From contig JAFVEF010000047.1 in assembly GCA_017478105.1 (NCBI GenBank), positions 27,204-91,203 on the forward strand: a stretch of 64,000 bases of DNA. Direction: 5' to 3'. This stretch comes from Bacilli bacterium (GTDB taxonomy: Bacteria; Bacillota_I; Bacilli_A; RF39; UBA660). A program made the position numbers and the translations under genes. Below, piece by piece: positions 42,648-52,358 of the stretch (position 1 is its first letter; every line of letters begins with the position of its first letter). A model generated the notes under the pieces. The model saw only the letters and a program-made list of their open reading frames with translations. It did no database searches and had not been told where the DNA came from.

Positions 42648-42674
42648 AAACAAAAAAAGAAGCAAAACTTCTTT
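42648..42674 (-). terminator. intrinsic terminator after Rpn-like gene
   Basis: aaagaag-caaaa-cttcttt hairpin at the stop with T-run on minus strand. Confidence 0.5.
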
Positions 42675-43659
42675 ATAGATTATTAGACAGAATATTTTCA
42701 ATTTCAGAAACATCCAAAGAAACAACTTTAGATATTAAATCAAGACTAATCTTTTCAGCATTCATTCGTTTTATAATATCTAGTTTAGTATCATTCTCTC
42801 CCTTGAAATAGCCTTCTTTCTCTCCTTTAGAATATCCTTCTTTCTCTCCTTTAGAATATCCCTCTTTCTCTCCTTTAGAATATCCCTCTTTCTCTCCTTT
42901 AGAATATCCCTCTTTCTCTCCTTTAGAAAATCCTTCCTTCTCTCCTAGAACATATCCCTCTTTTTCACCTCGATGTTTGCCCGCCAGAAATCCCTTGTGA
43001 TTTCCTAAATCATATAAAGCTAATTCTTTATCATAAGACTCTAATAAATCATCTTCCTCACTCACTTCTATTGCTTCTTCAACATATTCTTTCATCATAT
43101 CCAATCCCTCTCCTATTTTTAAGGAATCCTCAACACTAGGCAACACTAATCCCAGTAAATATTTTTCTGATTCCTCTAAGTTATGTATACCGTTAGTATA
43201 CCATTTTTTTAGAAGATTAGGAATATATATTTGTACAAATATTAATTTATTTGTTAGTTTTATATCTTCATCATTTTGAATATAATAAATATCAACTATT
43301 TTATCATTTCCTTTAAAATAAAAATTATTTATATTAAACTGAATTACCTGAACATACTCTAAATCCCTAGATCTCTTTCTTTTTCTTAAACTAGAATACA
43401 GTCTATGAGCATATTCCATATTTCTTTCTAAAATATCTATATCTCCATTATTATTAACCTCTATATTTATCTTACTACCATCTATATTCGCAATATAATC
43501 CCCTATTAAGTTTTTTTCAATATCCTTATTCTTATTAAATACATTTTTACTTAATGTTATATGTTTCAATAATTTTTCAAACGATATATCTAAATAATAA
43601 GAAATAAATAATGCTGAATACTTTAATCTATTTTCATTCAAAAACATAGTCTTCATCAT
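42673..43659 (-). CDS. Rpn/YhgA-like PD-(D/E)XK protein (recombination-promoting nuclease / putative transposase family) with C-terminal GEKEGYSK repeat tail; 5' end uncertain
   Basis: ...DGSKINIEVNNNGD...RNMEYAHRLYSSL aligns with the Rpn IEHQ...RMMRY core, with Q replaced by N. C-terminal KGEKEGYSKGEKEGYS repeats resemble the EKGIEKGIQQG tail of E. coli RpnA. The reading frame stays open upstream to 43824 past a GGAGG, but with no ATG/GTG/TTG. Confidence 0.5.
   Translation of the reverse strand: MMKTMFLNENRLKYSALFISYYLDISFEKLLKHITLSKNVFNKNKDIEKNLIGDYIANIDGSKINIEVNNNGDIDILERNMEYAHRLYSSLRKRKRSRDLEYVQVIQFNINNFYFKGNDKIVDIYYIQNDEDIKLTNKLIFVQIYIPNLLKKWYTNGIHNLEESEKYLLGLVLPSVEDSLKIGEGLDMMKEYVEEAIEVSEEDDLLESYDKELALYDLGNHKGFLAGKHRGEKEGYVLGEKEGFSKGEKEGYSKGEKEGYSKGEKEGYSKGEKEGYSKGEKEGYFKGENDTKLDIIKRMNAEKISLDLISKVVSLDVSEIENILSNNL
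42812..42960 (-). repeat. tandem array of about six 24-bp units (ccttctttctctcctttagaatat) encoding (K)GEKEGYS repeats
   Basis: Units 1-2 are identical, units 3-4 identical with 1 change, later units degenerate. In-frame 8-codon periodicity. Confidence 0.85.
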
Positions 43660-43818
43660 AGAATCAGATAATATAGATATTTTTTCTCCTTCTTTTAATT
43701 CTTCTAATACAATAGAATCATCATAGCAAACCTCCTTATCATATAATAATTTAATATCTGAATTTCTAATTTTTAATATAATTATTACCTCCTTCAGAAA
43801 AAGTTTATAACATAGAAA

Positions 43819-43850
43819 AAAACATCAAGCAAATTGATGTTTTATTAAAA
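43819..43850 (-). terminator. intrinsic terminator ~100 nt downstream of 43943..44473 gene
   Basis: aaaacatcaa-gcaaa-ttgatgtttt 10-bp stem, then T7 on minus strand. Confidence 0.5.
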
Positions 43851-43942
43851 CCAAACATATTATTATCTCAAAATTTATAATCTCCCATATAAATATCAAA
43901 ATTAAGAAATCAAAATAACAAAAAAAATAAATTTAACAAAAT

Positions 43943-44473
43943 TTATTTTTTTATCTTTCTTTTTAAATAATTCTTAGCCTGATTAATTCGATCAATAAAA
44001 CTACTTTTAAAATTAGGCATAAAAGAAGGTATAACTATTAGTAAAATCCATATACAATTAAAATAATCTCCAGAAAAAAATGCTCCTACAACTAAATATA
44101 TTAAAAATATAATAAATAATAACATTATAAGTAAAACTAATAAATTAATAATATTATTAGAATCACTTTTCTTAGTAAAACTAATATCTTTTTTATCTAT
44201 TAAAGAACTAGCTCTTTCTCTAAATAAATCATATTTCTCCTCTAATTCAGCTACACTTTTAATATCCGTTTTATAAATATCATCTCTATACATAATATTA
44301 AAGTCCTCAGTAAAACTTAAATCTACATTTAAATAATTACCAATATCCAAATCAACTGAAAAAACTTCACAAAATATCTTCAATAACTTATTTCTACATT
44401 TAGTAGATATAAAAGATGATTCATTTATAAATACTTTTAATTCTTTATTAATCTTATTTATTTTATCTGACAT
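43943..44473 (-). CDS. hypothetical membrane protein (C-terminal paired TM helices)
   Basis: 176-aa ORF with a soluble N-terminal half and a hydrophobic C-terminal half. Confidence 0.45.
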   Translation of the reverse strand: MSDKINKINKELKVFINESSFISTKCRNKLLKIFCEVFSVDLDIGNYLNVDLSFTEDFNIMYRDDIYKTDIKSVAELEEKYDLFRERASSLIDKKDISFTKKSDSNNIINLLVLLIMLLFIIFLIYLVVGAFFSGDYFNCIWILLIVIPSFMPNFKSSFIDRINQAKNYLKRKIKK

Positions 44474-44506
44474 TAATTATCACCTACAATAATTTTATCA
44501 TAGCAA

Positions 44507-44534
44507 AAGAAAAAAAAGAAGAATTATTCTTCTT
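44507..44534 (-). terminator. intrinsic terminator after yebC (including its C-terminal segment)
   Basis: aagaagaat-t-attcttctt hairpin over the TAA at 44524, then T8 run. Confidence 0.55.
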
Positions 44535-45246
44535 TTAAATTATAATATACATCTTGAACATCATCTAAATCTTCTAAAGCTTCAACTAATTTTTCTACTT
44601 TTTCTACACCCTCAGAATCAAGTTCAACTTCCATATTAGGTACATAAGTTAATTAACACTCTAAAAACTCTTTAACACCATTTTCTTCTAAACTATCACG
44701 TACCTTCGAAAAAGAAGATTGGTCAGTAGATATAAGATAAGTTTCGTCAACTTTTTCAAAGTCACTAGCTCCTGCATCTAATGCAACCATCATCATTGTA
44801 TCTTCATCATATTCTGAAGGAATGACAATAGACCCACGTCTTTCAAACATATAACTAACTGAACCATCAGTACCTAAATTACCACCTGCTTTTGTAAAAC
44901 AACTACGAACTTGTGATGCCGTACGATTACGATTATCAGTTAAGCAATCAACCATGAATGCAACACCACTTGGTCCATATCCTTCATAACGCACTGATTC
45001 ATAATTAGCTCCATCTACTCCACCAGTTGCCTTTTCAATCGCTTTTTGTATATTATCTTTAGGCATATTTTGAGCTTTAGCCTTATCAACCGCAAGTCTT
45101 AAAGCAGCATTCAAATTAGGATCAGGACTTCCACCTTTAGCCGCTACCATAATTTCTTTTGCTAACTTTTGAAATACTTTACCCCTTTGTTGATCAAGTA
45201 AACCTTTTTTTCTATGTATTGTTGCCCATTTAGAATGTCCACTCAT
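44524..45246 (-). pseudogene. yebC: YebC/PmpR-family transcriptional regulator interrupted by an in-frame TAA codon at 44653..44655
   Basis: The track ORF (197 aa) ends ...KEFLEC. The same frame continues after one TAA as [42 protein letters not shown], which is the conserved YebC C-terminus (..IP.N.VELD.E...K...LI.ALED.DDVQ.VY.N). The terminator follows the second segment. Confidence 0.6.
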
Positions 45247-45307
45247 TACAATACCTCCTCTTCATACGTATATATAATATCACATAAAAAGAAAAGAAAA
45301 AAGACAT

Positions 45308-46120
45308 TTAATCTTTTTTCATATCTTTATATATTAAAGTTTTTTCAATAATCATCTTAACACTTTGATCATTAAAAGGTTTTTCTAACATATCAACTAT
45401 TTCATATTTAAAAGCTCTATCAATAGTTTCTTTTGAAGAATCACCAGAAATAATAGAAACTGGCATCTTCTTAAGTAACTTATTTTCCTTCATATAATCA
45501 AGTACCGCAAAACCATCAACTTTAGGCATATTTAAATCAAGTAATATTGTCACAATAAAATCATTATCTTTATTAGCCTTAATTATTTTAATAGCCTCAT
45601 CACCATCATTCGCAGTACCAACATTATACTCATCACTAAAAACTCTCTTAACAAAGTTTCTAATGATATTAGAATCATCTACTACTAAAATAGTCTTTTT
45701 ATTATAAACATCAGGATTAACATCTTCTAATTGTTCAACCTCTTTTTCATCTTCACCATTCATATATTCTTGAATTAATTTAATAGTATTATTAGTTTCA
45801 AATATTAAATCATTAATATGATTAGTTACATAATATAAGTCTCCAGCTTTACTCTTCATTTCATGTTCATAAGCCAAATTAGCTAATTTCATAAAACCAA
45901 AATACTTACAATCACTTTTCATAGAATGAACAATAATAGAATAATTTTGCATATCACCCTTATTCATAAGATCTATTAAATTCTTTATCTTATTATGAAT
46001 ACCCACTAAAAATTCACCTATAGTATCATTATAAGTATTAATATCTCCAAACAATTCTAAACTCTTATCAACATCGACACCCTTATCTTTTAAAAATTGT
46101 ATACTCTTCATTCTATACAC
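45308..46120 (-). CDS. Hpt-domain / receiver-domain fusion protein (phosphorelay component)
   Basis: N-terminal HPt motif HSMKSDCKYFGF. C-terminal REC domain (ILVVDDS, D..LDLNMP, K). Confidence 0.7.
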   Translation of the reverse strand: MYRMKSIQFLKDKGVDVDKSLELFGDINTYNDTIGEFLVGIHNKIKNLIDLMNKGDMQNYSIIVHSMKSDCKYFGFMKLANLAYEHEMKSKAGDLYYVTNHINDLIFETNNTIKLIQEYMNGEDEKEVEQLEDVNPDVYNKKTILVVDDSNIIRNFVKRVFSDEYNVGTANDGDEAIKIIKANKDNDFIVTILLDLNMPKVDGFAVLDYMKENKLLKKMPVSIISGDSSKETIDRAFKYEIVDMLEKPFNDQSVKMIIEKTLIYKDMKKD

Positions 46121-46151
46121 CTCTATTATAATACTAATATAATTTTATCTA

Positions 46152-47594
46152 TTATGAATAATCATCATCATCAAAAGTAACTTCATCATTACTTTCATTA
46201 TTATTAAGAGGATTTAAATCACTATCAGGATTATCATTAATAATAACATCAGCATCTACTTCTTCAACCTTTTCAGGTGTCTCATCATAATCATCGTATT
46301 CGTCTGCTTCATCATACTCATCATTATCACTATTATTACGTTTATGATCTAAGTATGCTTTAGAACCTAGTCCAGCAGCTCCTACTGAAGTAAGACCAGC
46401 TACTATTGGAATAACATTACTTCCAGAAGCAGTTTTAGCTGTACCATGATTTTCAATTGGAATTTTTCTAGCTATTTCAGGATAAATTCCATTATCTTTA
46501 ATAACATCTTCTAAACTTACAGTACTGTCATCAATAATTTCTTCTACTGGTGAATCACTAGTAGTTGTAGAAACATATCCTTCACTACTATATCCTCCAC
46601 CTCCATGATAACTACTTTCATTTTGTGGAACAAATTTAGTAGGAGAAACTTCTTGATTAGTAGGTTCAGGTTGAGGATCAACATATACTTCATTGCCATG
46701 ATTTTCCTGTTTAGTCTCATTATGAGTCTCTTGTTTCTTTCCATTATCAGTAGGAGCAGAAGTATCCTCTTTAGCCTTCTTTGAAGTATCACTACTAGAA
46801 GAACTACTAGAATCAGATGAAGAATTACTAGAGCTAGATGAAGAACTAGAATTAGAACCAGAATCATAATTATAGTTATTTCCACCATTATTCCCATTAT
46901 CACCATTAGGATTACCACGTTGTGGCAATGTACCTTCTTCTCCTTCTTCATCACCAGGTTCCTCATTAGGATTAATTGGTTCTTCGTCTGCTTCTTCCTC
47001 TTCAGCCATTTCAGACAAAATGCCATCTTCGCTTACTGTCCCTCCAGCAAGACCAAGAAGTTTAACAAATTCATCCATATCTACAATATCAAAATTATAA
47101 TAATATTGACTATCAGTACTTTTATTATGGCTATATAAAAAATCATAGAAATCATCAATATCTTTACCTTTATCCTTACAATTTAGAAAATATGGAATTA
47201 ATCTCTGTGTTTCAAAATTATCTCTTTCTCTAAAAGACTTTTCATCGTTAAAAGATACTCCTCTAATTTGAGATAAAATTGCACTAATATCATAATGGCT
47301 TCTCTCATCATCATTAAGACTATTATATTTTTCAACTATCACCTTAACATTTTTTGCAGAAACATCAATGTAATACAATAAATCTTTAATTTTTTTTAGT
47401 TTATTTAAAAAATCAGAAGATAATTTATTACGATCTATTATTGAGGAAAAAAAGACATCACTAGAGTTATTAGATAAATTATTTATTTTTTTTTGAAAAT
47501 TAGTAATTACAATACTAATATCTTCTCTAATTTTTTTATTTGATTTTGAAGTCTCATCAAATTTTTTTGAATTAAATTCTAATTTTTCATTCAT
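46152..47594 (-). CDS. hypothetical protein: helical N-domain, Ser/Asn/Gly-rich and acidic low-complexity linker, C-terminal hydrophobic segment and poly-acidic tail
   Basis: Start set at MNEKLEF (AGGGGAG RBS). Contains ...GNNGGNNYNYDSGSNSSSSSSSS... and IPIVAGLTSVGAAGLG before DEYDEADEYDDYDE. Confidence 0.45.
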   Translation of the reverse strand: MNEKLEFNSKKFDETSKSNKKIREDISIVITNFQKKINNLSNNSSDVFFSSIIDRNKLSSDFLNKLKKIKDLLYYIDVSAKNVKVIVEKYNSLNDDERSHYDISAILSQIRGVSFNDEKSFRERDNFETQRLIPYFLNCKDKGKDIDDFYDFLYSHNKSTDSQYYYNFDIVDMDEFVKLLGLAGGTVSEDGILSEMAEEEEADEEPINPNEEPGDEEGEEGTLPQRGNPNGDNGNNGGNNYNYDSGSNSSSSSSSSNSSSDSSSSSSSDTSKKAKEDTSAPTDNGKKQETHNETKQENHGNEVYVDPQPEPTNQEVSPTKFVPQNESSYHGGGGYSSEGYVSTTTSDSPVEEIIDDSTVSLEDVIKDNGIYPEIARKIPIENHGTAKTASGSNVIPIVAGLTSVGAAGLGSKAYLDHKRNNSDNDEYDEADEYDDYDETPEKVEEVDADVIINDNPDSDLNPLNNNESNDEVTFDDDDYS

Positions 47595-47608
47595 ATATTT
47601 CCACTCCC

Positions 47609-48127
47609 CTAATACTTCCAAACACCATCAATAACTATGTATGAATAAGAATCCCTTAAACTTTCATACTGTCGTATTTTATCAATGGTGTCAGAATCAC
47701 TAATCAAATAACAATATCCATCATAAACTTTTTTATTATTTTCTAGAAGTTGTAATTTACTAACTACTTCATCATAACCAGCAGAATAATTACTATTAAA
47801 AGTGTCAATGTTATCTTTTATATCAGAAAGATTAGCAATTAAATTATCTCTTAATTTTATAGAATTGGACTCATCTATAGAAGAAAAATCCAAAACATTT
47901 GACGCATCCTTATAATCTTCACACAAAACGCAAATATTATTTCTAATATTATATATATCAGATCTAATATCAGAAAGAGAAGCCGAAAAATCTTCTAGCA
48001 TTTTTAAACTATCCGAAATATCTTTAGGAAAAATCTCATCAATATTTAAAGGTGTTATATCTTTATCAGAAACAGAATTATTAAAGCAAGGATAAACATC
48101 AAATGAATAATGATCAAGTTTTCTCAT
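47609..48127 (-). CDS. hypothetical acidic protein (172 aa), translationally coupled in the operon
   Basis: Stop/start spacing of 1-2 nt with neighbours. No recognisable motif. Confidence 0.4.
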   Translation of the reverse strand: MRKLDHYSFDVYPCFNNSVSDKDITPLNIDEIFPKDISDSLKMLEDFSASLSDIRSDIYNIRNNICVLCEDYKDASNVLDFSSIDESNSIKLRDNLIANLSDIKDNIDTFNSNYSAGYDEVVSKLQLLENNKKVYDGYCYLISDSDTIDKIRQYESLRDSYSYIVIDGVWKY

Positions 48128-48128
48128 T

Positions 48129-48398
48129 TTACCTACCCTCTTTCACTTGAAGTACTCTAACTAAGAACTTTTTAACTTCTTCATCCATTAAGCTCTCATG
48201 ACATACTTCTTTTATTTGATTAATATTAAATAATATGATTTTACGTGAATCTATTAATCCTTCTGGGAATAATACTCCACTATAATCATACTCCTCCTCT
48301 TTTCCATTCTCTTTAGGTAAATATCCTACTATCATAACTCTTTTAGTAGCGTTTTCTAACAAAACAACAGTTCCAATAGGTAAAAAGTCACCCATCAA
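48129..48398 (-). CDS. small conserved protein resembling the DUF4176 family
   Basis: MMGDFLPIGTVVLL..KRVMIVGYLP....EYDYSGVLFPEGL matches my recollection of the LPIGSVV...G..P...YDY...P.G family signature. First gene of a four-gene operon. Confidence 0.35.
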   Translation of the reverse strand: MMGDFLPIGTVVLLENATKRVMIVGYLPKENGKEEEYDYSGVLFPEGLIDSRKIILFNINQIKEVCHESLMDEEVKKFLVRVLQVKEGR

Positions 48399-48478
48399 AT
48401 CATCTCCAATCCTATTTACTCTAAAATAATAATAACATATTAGTGTAAATAAAAAAAGAAAAAAATCATAAACTTTAC

Positions 48479-48503
48479 AAAAAAAGAGCGATAATTATCG
48501 CTC
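48479..48503 (-). terminator. intrinsic terminator after 48495..49175 gene
   Basis: Perfect 9+9 palindrome gagcgataa/ttatcgctc over the stop, with T7 on minus strand. Confidence 0.6.
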
Positions 48504-49175
48504 ATTGTAAATAATAGGATATGGATCACCATATTCTTTTAAATATTTTATTTTAAGTTTACCCATACTATTCTTACTTACTCTATCTTTAGCATGAAGA
48601 ATAATATAATCTAACCATTCATCTTCATTCTCATAAAAATCAAAACAATCTCCATGAGGACCACCTTCACATAATCCTACCATAAAATCTATCCTATTTT
48701 TAGTAGCACTATTTATAATTATTTCAGCCCCATTACATGGCATAAGTCCAAAGATTAAATCACAATTACTTGTATCAGTTTTATCAGTAAACATTTCTCT
48801 TTTTAAAACCATTTTAGGCATATCTTCTTCATAAGTAGATAATCTAGGATCATAAATAGTAACTTTACCTTTACCAAGCATAGGATACATTCTTTTACCA
48901 AGTCTAGGTATTGCACCTCCACCAATCTCTATAATATTCTTATCTTCTAATGAAAAAACATCATCTAATAATTTTAAAAATCCAACATAAATATTCTTCT
49001 CTTTAGGAATTAATCCTAATTCATCAAATACTTCTCTAACAATTTCCGGACAAAACTCTTCATTAAAATCAATATCAGCAAAATTTAAAATATACATCAT
49101 TTGATTTTTATCAAATACTCCAGGATATCTGTTAAAGAAAGCAATTATCTTTTCTTTTCTGTCATTACATAACAT
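48495..49175 (-). CDS. hypothetical protein (226 aa), possible Rossmann-like fold
   Basis: Contains IIEIGGGAIP glycine-rich motif. Otherwise unassigned. Confidence 0.35.
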   Translation of the reverse strand: MLCNDRKEKIIAFFNRYPGVFDKNQMMYILNFADIDFNEEFCPEIVREVFDELGLIPKEKNIYVGFLKLLDDVFSLEDKNIIEIGGGAIPRLGKRMYPMLGKGKVTIYDPRLSTYEEDMPKMVLKREMFTDKTDTSNCDLIFGLMPCNGAEIIINSATKNRIDFMVGLCEGGPHGDCFDFYENEDEWLDYIILHAKDRVSKNSMGKLKIKYLKEYGDPYPIIYNER

Positions 49176-49242
49176 AATCCCAACCCCAAACTAATGGCAC
49201 AATTATATCACATAATCATAATTTTTTCAAGTAAAACTAGCT

Positions 49243-49944
49243 TTAATGCTTATCCTTTACCTTTATTATTACTGGATAATGATCACTTATTGGTATATCT
49301 TTAACTATTTTTTTCTCTAACAAAGTAAAATCTTCAGATATAAAAATATGATCTATTGCCCTATGATATTTACTAGATTTTAAAGTTTTATCCAATATAT
49401 CTATATGTTTTATATTTAATAATTCTAATTTAGAAATAAAATCTAAGAATAATTCTTTATTAGTTTTTAAATTAAAATCCCCCATTAAAATAATAGGATT
49501 TTTATCCTTAGATATAATCTTTAATATCCTTTTCAATTGTCTTTTCTTTACAAATAGATTTCGCACTTCTAAATGTGTATTATAAATAGAAATAATTCTA
49601 TTTTTATCTTCTATTTCTACTTTAGTAAGTATTCTCTTAGTAATAGATGGTAAAAATGGTAAATAATATGTTTTATATGATATTATATTTTTCTTAGTAA
49701 TTATAGGATTCTTTTCATTAAATCTTTTAAATAAATATCTAAAATGTAATCTATAACCACCTACACAATTATAATTTTTCATACAAAGGTAATCATTTAA
49801 GTCTCTATCAAGAGTTCTATATACTTCCTGTAAGCCTAATATATCAATATCATTTTTTCTTAAATATTTATATATAATATCCGTTTTTTCTTTTGAATAT
49901 TTAAAATAATCATTTTGAATATTAAATGTACTAATAGTAAGCAT
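49243..49944 (-). CDS. endonuclease/exonuclease/phosphatase (EEP) family protein
   Basis: N-terminal ...TFNIQN...LGLQEV, central ILMGDFN, C-terminal SDHYPV motifs. Start overlaps the obg stop. Confidence 0.75.
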   Translation of the reverse strand: MLTISTFNIQNDYFKYSKEKTDIIYKYLRKNDIDILGLQEVYRTLDRDLNDYLCMKNYNCVGGYRLHFRYLFKRFNEKNPIITKKNIISYKTYYLPFLPSITKRILTKVEIEDKNRIISIYNTHLEVRNLFVKKRQLKRILKIISKDKNPIILMGDFNLKTNKELFLDFISKLELLNIKHIDILDKTLKSSKYHRAIDHIFISEDFTLLEKKIVKDIPISDHYPVIIKVKDKH

Positions 49945-51215
49945 TAATCTTTAAAATCAAAGTAAAAATCTAATATTCTTACTTGATCTCCTTCCTTAGC
50001 TCCCATTTCTCTTAACTTATCATCAATACCAAGTCTTCTAAGTTTTTTCGCAAATCTATAAATTGCTTCATCACTAGAAAATTTAGTCATCTTAAATATT
50101 CTCTCAACTTCTTTACCAGATATTACGTAAATATCATCTTCTTTAGTAATAGTAAATGGTTCTTCTTTTTTAAATTTATATAGAACATGTCCTTCTAATT
50201 GATCATCATTATATAACGGAGTATATGGAAAACTTTCTAATACTTCATCTAATCTATCAACTACTTTTTGTAATCCTTTATTTTGTGATGCACTTACTTC
50301 AAATATTTCTAATTTTACTTTCTTTTTGAAATTAGCAAGATTTTCTTCTGACCCTTCTAAATCCATTTTATTAGCAACAACAATCATTGGTTTATCTAGT
50401 AATGCTTTATTAAATGCTTCTAATTCTTTATTTATTAAAACAAAGTCTTCATAAGGATCTCTTCCTTCACTACCACTCATATCAACAACATGACATATTA
50501 CTCTTGTTCTTTCGATATGTTTTAAAAACTTATCTCCTAAGCCTTCACCTAAGCTAGCACCTTCAATTAAACCAGGTAAATCCGCCATTACAAAACTATT
50601 TCCCCTACTACTTTTACAAACACCTAAATTAGGAGTTAGAGTTGTAAAGTGATAAGCAGCTATCTTTGGTTTTGACCTAGAAACACAAGAAATAATTGTA
50701 CTTTTACCAACACTAGAAAGTCCAACTAATCCAACATCCGCAAGTAGTTTAACCTCTACTTTTAGATTTCTTTTTTCCCCTTCTTCTCCTTTTTCTGAAA
50801 AATTAGGGCAAGTATTAGTTTGCGTTTTAAATGCCGTATTTCCTCTTCCACCACGTCCTCCATGGGCAATTATCTCTTCTTGTCCTTCACGTGATAAATC
50901 ACAAATAACTAATCCTGTATCAACATCAGTAACAACAGTCCCAAGTGGAACTTTAACAACCAAAGGTTCTGCACCTCTTCCATGTTGATTTTTACCTTTA
51001 CCATTTTCACCATTAGCACCTTTAATTGCTTTTTGATAGCGTAAATCAAGCAATGTATGAAGTCCCATATCTACTCTAAATATAATATCAGCTCCATGTC
51101 CTCCATTACCACCAAAAGGTCCACCCATCTCAACAAATTTTTCACGACGAAAAGCAAGACAACCATCTCCACCGTTGCCTGCTTCTACCTTTAATAAAAC
51201 CTCATCAACAAACAT
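49944..51215 (-). CDS. obg: GTPase Obg/CgtA
   Basis: Obg fold N-domain (Gly-rich GGNGGHGADI), G-domain G1 GLSSVGKST / G3 DLPGLIEGA / G4 NKMD, and C-terminal OCT domain. Confidence 0.95.
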   Translation of the reverse strand: MFVDEVLLKVEAGNGGDGCLAFRREKFVEMGGPFGGNGGHGADIIFRVDMGLHTLLDLRYQKAIKGANGENGKGKNQHGRGAEPLVVKVPLGTVVTDVDTGLVICDLSREGQEEIIAHGGRGGRGNTAFKTQTNTCPNFSEKGEEGEKRNLKVEVKLLADVGLVGLSSVGKSTIISCVSRSKPKIAAYHFTTLTPNLGVCKSSRGNSFVMADLPGLIEGASLGEGLGDKFLKHIERTRVICHVVDMSGSEGRDPYEDFVLINKELEAFNKALLDKPMIVVANKMDLEGSEENLANFKKKVKLEIFEVSASQNKGLQKVVDRLDEVLESFPYTPLYNDDQLEGHVLYKFKKEEPFTITKEDDIYVISGKEVERIFKMTKFSSDEAIYRFAKKLRRLGIDDKLREMGAKEGDQVRILDFYFDFKD

Positions 51216-51233
51216 AAATCCCCCTCCAGTCCA

Positions 51234-52025
51234 TTAAACAGTTCTAGGATTTAAACTATTATTATTATCATTATTTAAATAATCAAAAGAATTTTTAAGC
51301 TTATTAACTATTTTCTTATTTAAATGAATTACTTCAGAACCTCTCATCAATATAGTTGAATTATGACTTTTCATCTCATTTAAAACATCTATAGAATGTT
51401 TACTCATTTTCCTTAGTGACCATTCCTGTAAGCCATATCCAACTTCTTTAACATTATCAATAATAGAATTACCTAAAGCATTTCTTTTCTCAGTAATATC
51501 ATGCATTTTATCAGCATAATACTTTGCTTTTTCTTCTTGTCTACTTAATATTCTAAGCCTACTTAAATCTCTTCTATAATCAGGATACATAATAGCATAC
51601 CCAATTTTATTAAAAAAAATCTTTGTCTTTTGTAATTTCTTTATCTTTTCTTGTTTTTTCTCTATTTTTCTATCTATTCTTTGCTTTTCTCTTCTTAGAA
51701 TTAGTTTTTCTCTTAAAGCTTTTAAATTTTTAACAGCCTCTTCTAATTCTTCAATTTTAACATCTTCCTTATTACTTATTTCATCTATTTTTTCTAAATA
51801 TCCTTCAGTAACATAATCTAATTTTCTTCTTTGATTATAATCAACATAACTTTTAAGTTTTTCACTTAAAATCTCCTTTTCTTTTTCTAAACCTCTAATA
51901 GTTATATCAACACTTCCTGCATTAAAAGCATTTAATTTTTTTTTATTTAAAGCGTTAATTCTTAAATTAATTTCATTTAATTTGTTTTTAAGAACTTGTT
52001 TATATGCTTCATCTGAACTACTCAT
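51234..52025 (-). CDS. coiled-coil hypothetical protein occupying the position spo0B holds in Bacillus (between the rpmA cluster and obg)
   Basis: 263-aa K/E/R-rich heptad sequence. No His-phosphotransfer signature recognised. Confidence 0.4.
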   Translation of the reverse strand: MSSSDEAYKQVLKNKLNEINLRINALNKKKLNAFNAGSVDITIRGLEKEKEILSEKLKSYVDYNQRRKLDYVTEGYLEKIDEISNKEDVKIEELEEAVKNLKALREKLILRREKQRIDRKIEKKQEKIKKLQKTKIFFNKIGYAIMYPDYRRDLSRLRILSRQEEKAKYYADKMHDITEKRNALGNSIIDNVKEVGYGLQEWSLRKMSKHSIDVLNEMKSHNSTILMRGSEVIHLNKKIVNKLKNSFDYLNNDNNNSLNPRTV

Positions 52026-52284
52026 AAGTATTATCCTCTTCTTCCATACAAGCCTTCTTAACGACCTCTAATTCACGAGGATCATCAATAGAATCAAGAG
52101 TATATTTATCTCCATCTTTAACTAATAAAGATATATAACATTCAATATTATCTTGATCTACTTCTTTATTCATAGTATAAAGAATATATTCCTTTGAAGG
52201 ATATGCTTTTACACCAAAAATATCTAAAACTTCAACTTCTAATTCTTTTCCATCACTATCAAAAACAACTATCTTATTATCCAT
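52018..52284 (-). CDS. DUF1292-family small acidic protein (YrzB-like)
   Basis: MDNKIVVFDSDGKELEVEVLDIFGVKAYPSKEYILY... fits the ..L.DE.G.E.EFEVLD.F..DG..Y..L pattern. Start at this Met, 6 nt after TAGGAGAA. Confidence 0.6.
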   Translation of the reverse strand: MDNKIVVFDSDGKELEVEVLDIFGVKAYPSKEYILYTMNKEVDQDNIECYISLLVKDGDKYTLDSIDDPRELEVVKKACMEEEDNTYE

Positions 52285-52358
52285 ATTAAATTCTCCTATT
52301 AAAAATATTTTATCACATGAATAATAATAAAAAAAGACCAATAATGGTCTCTTTACAT

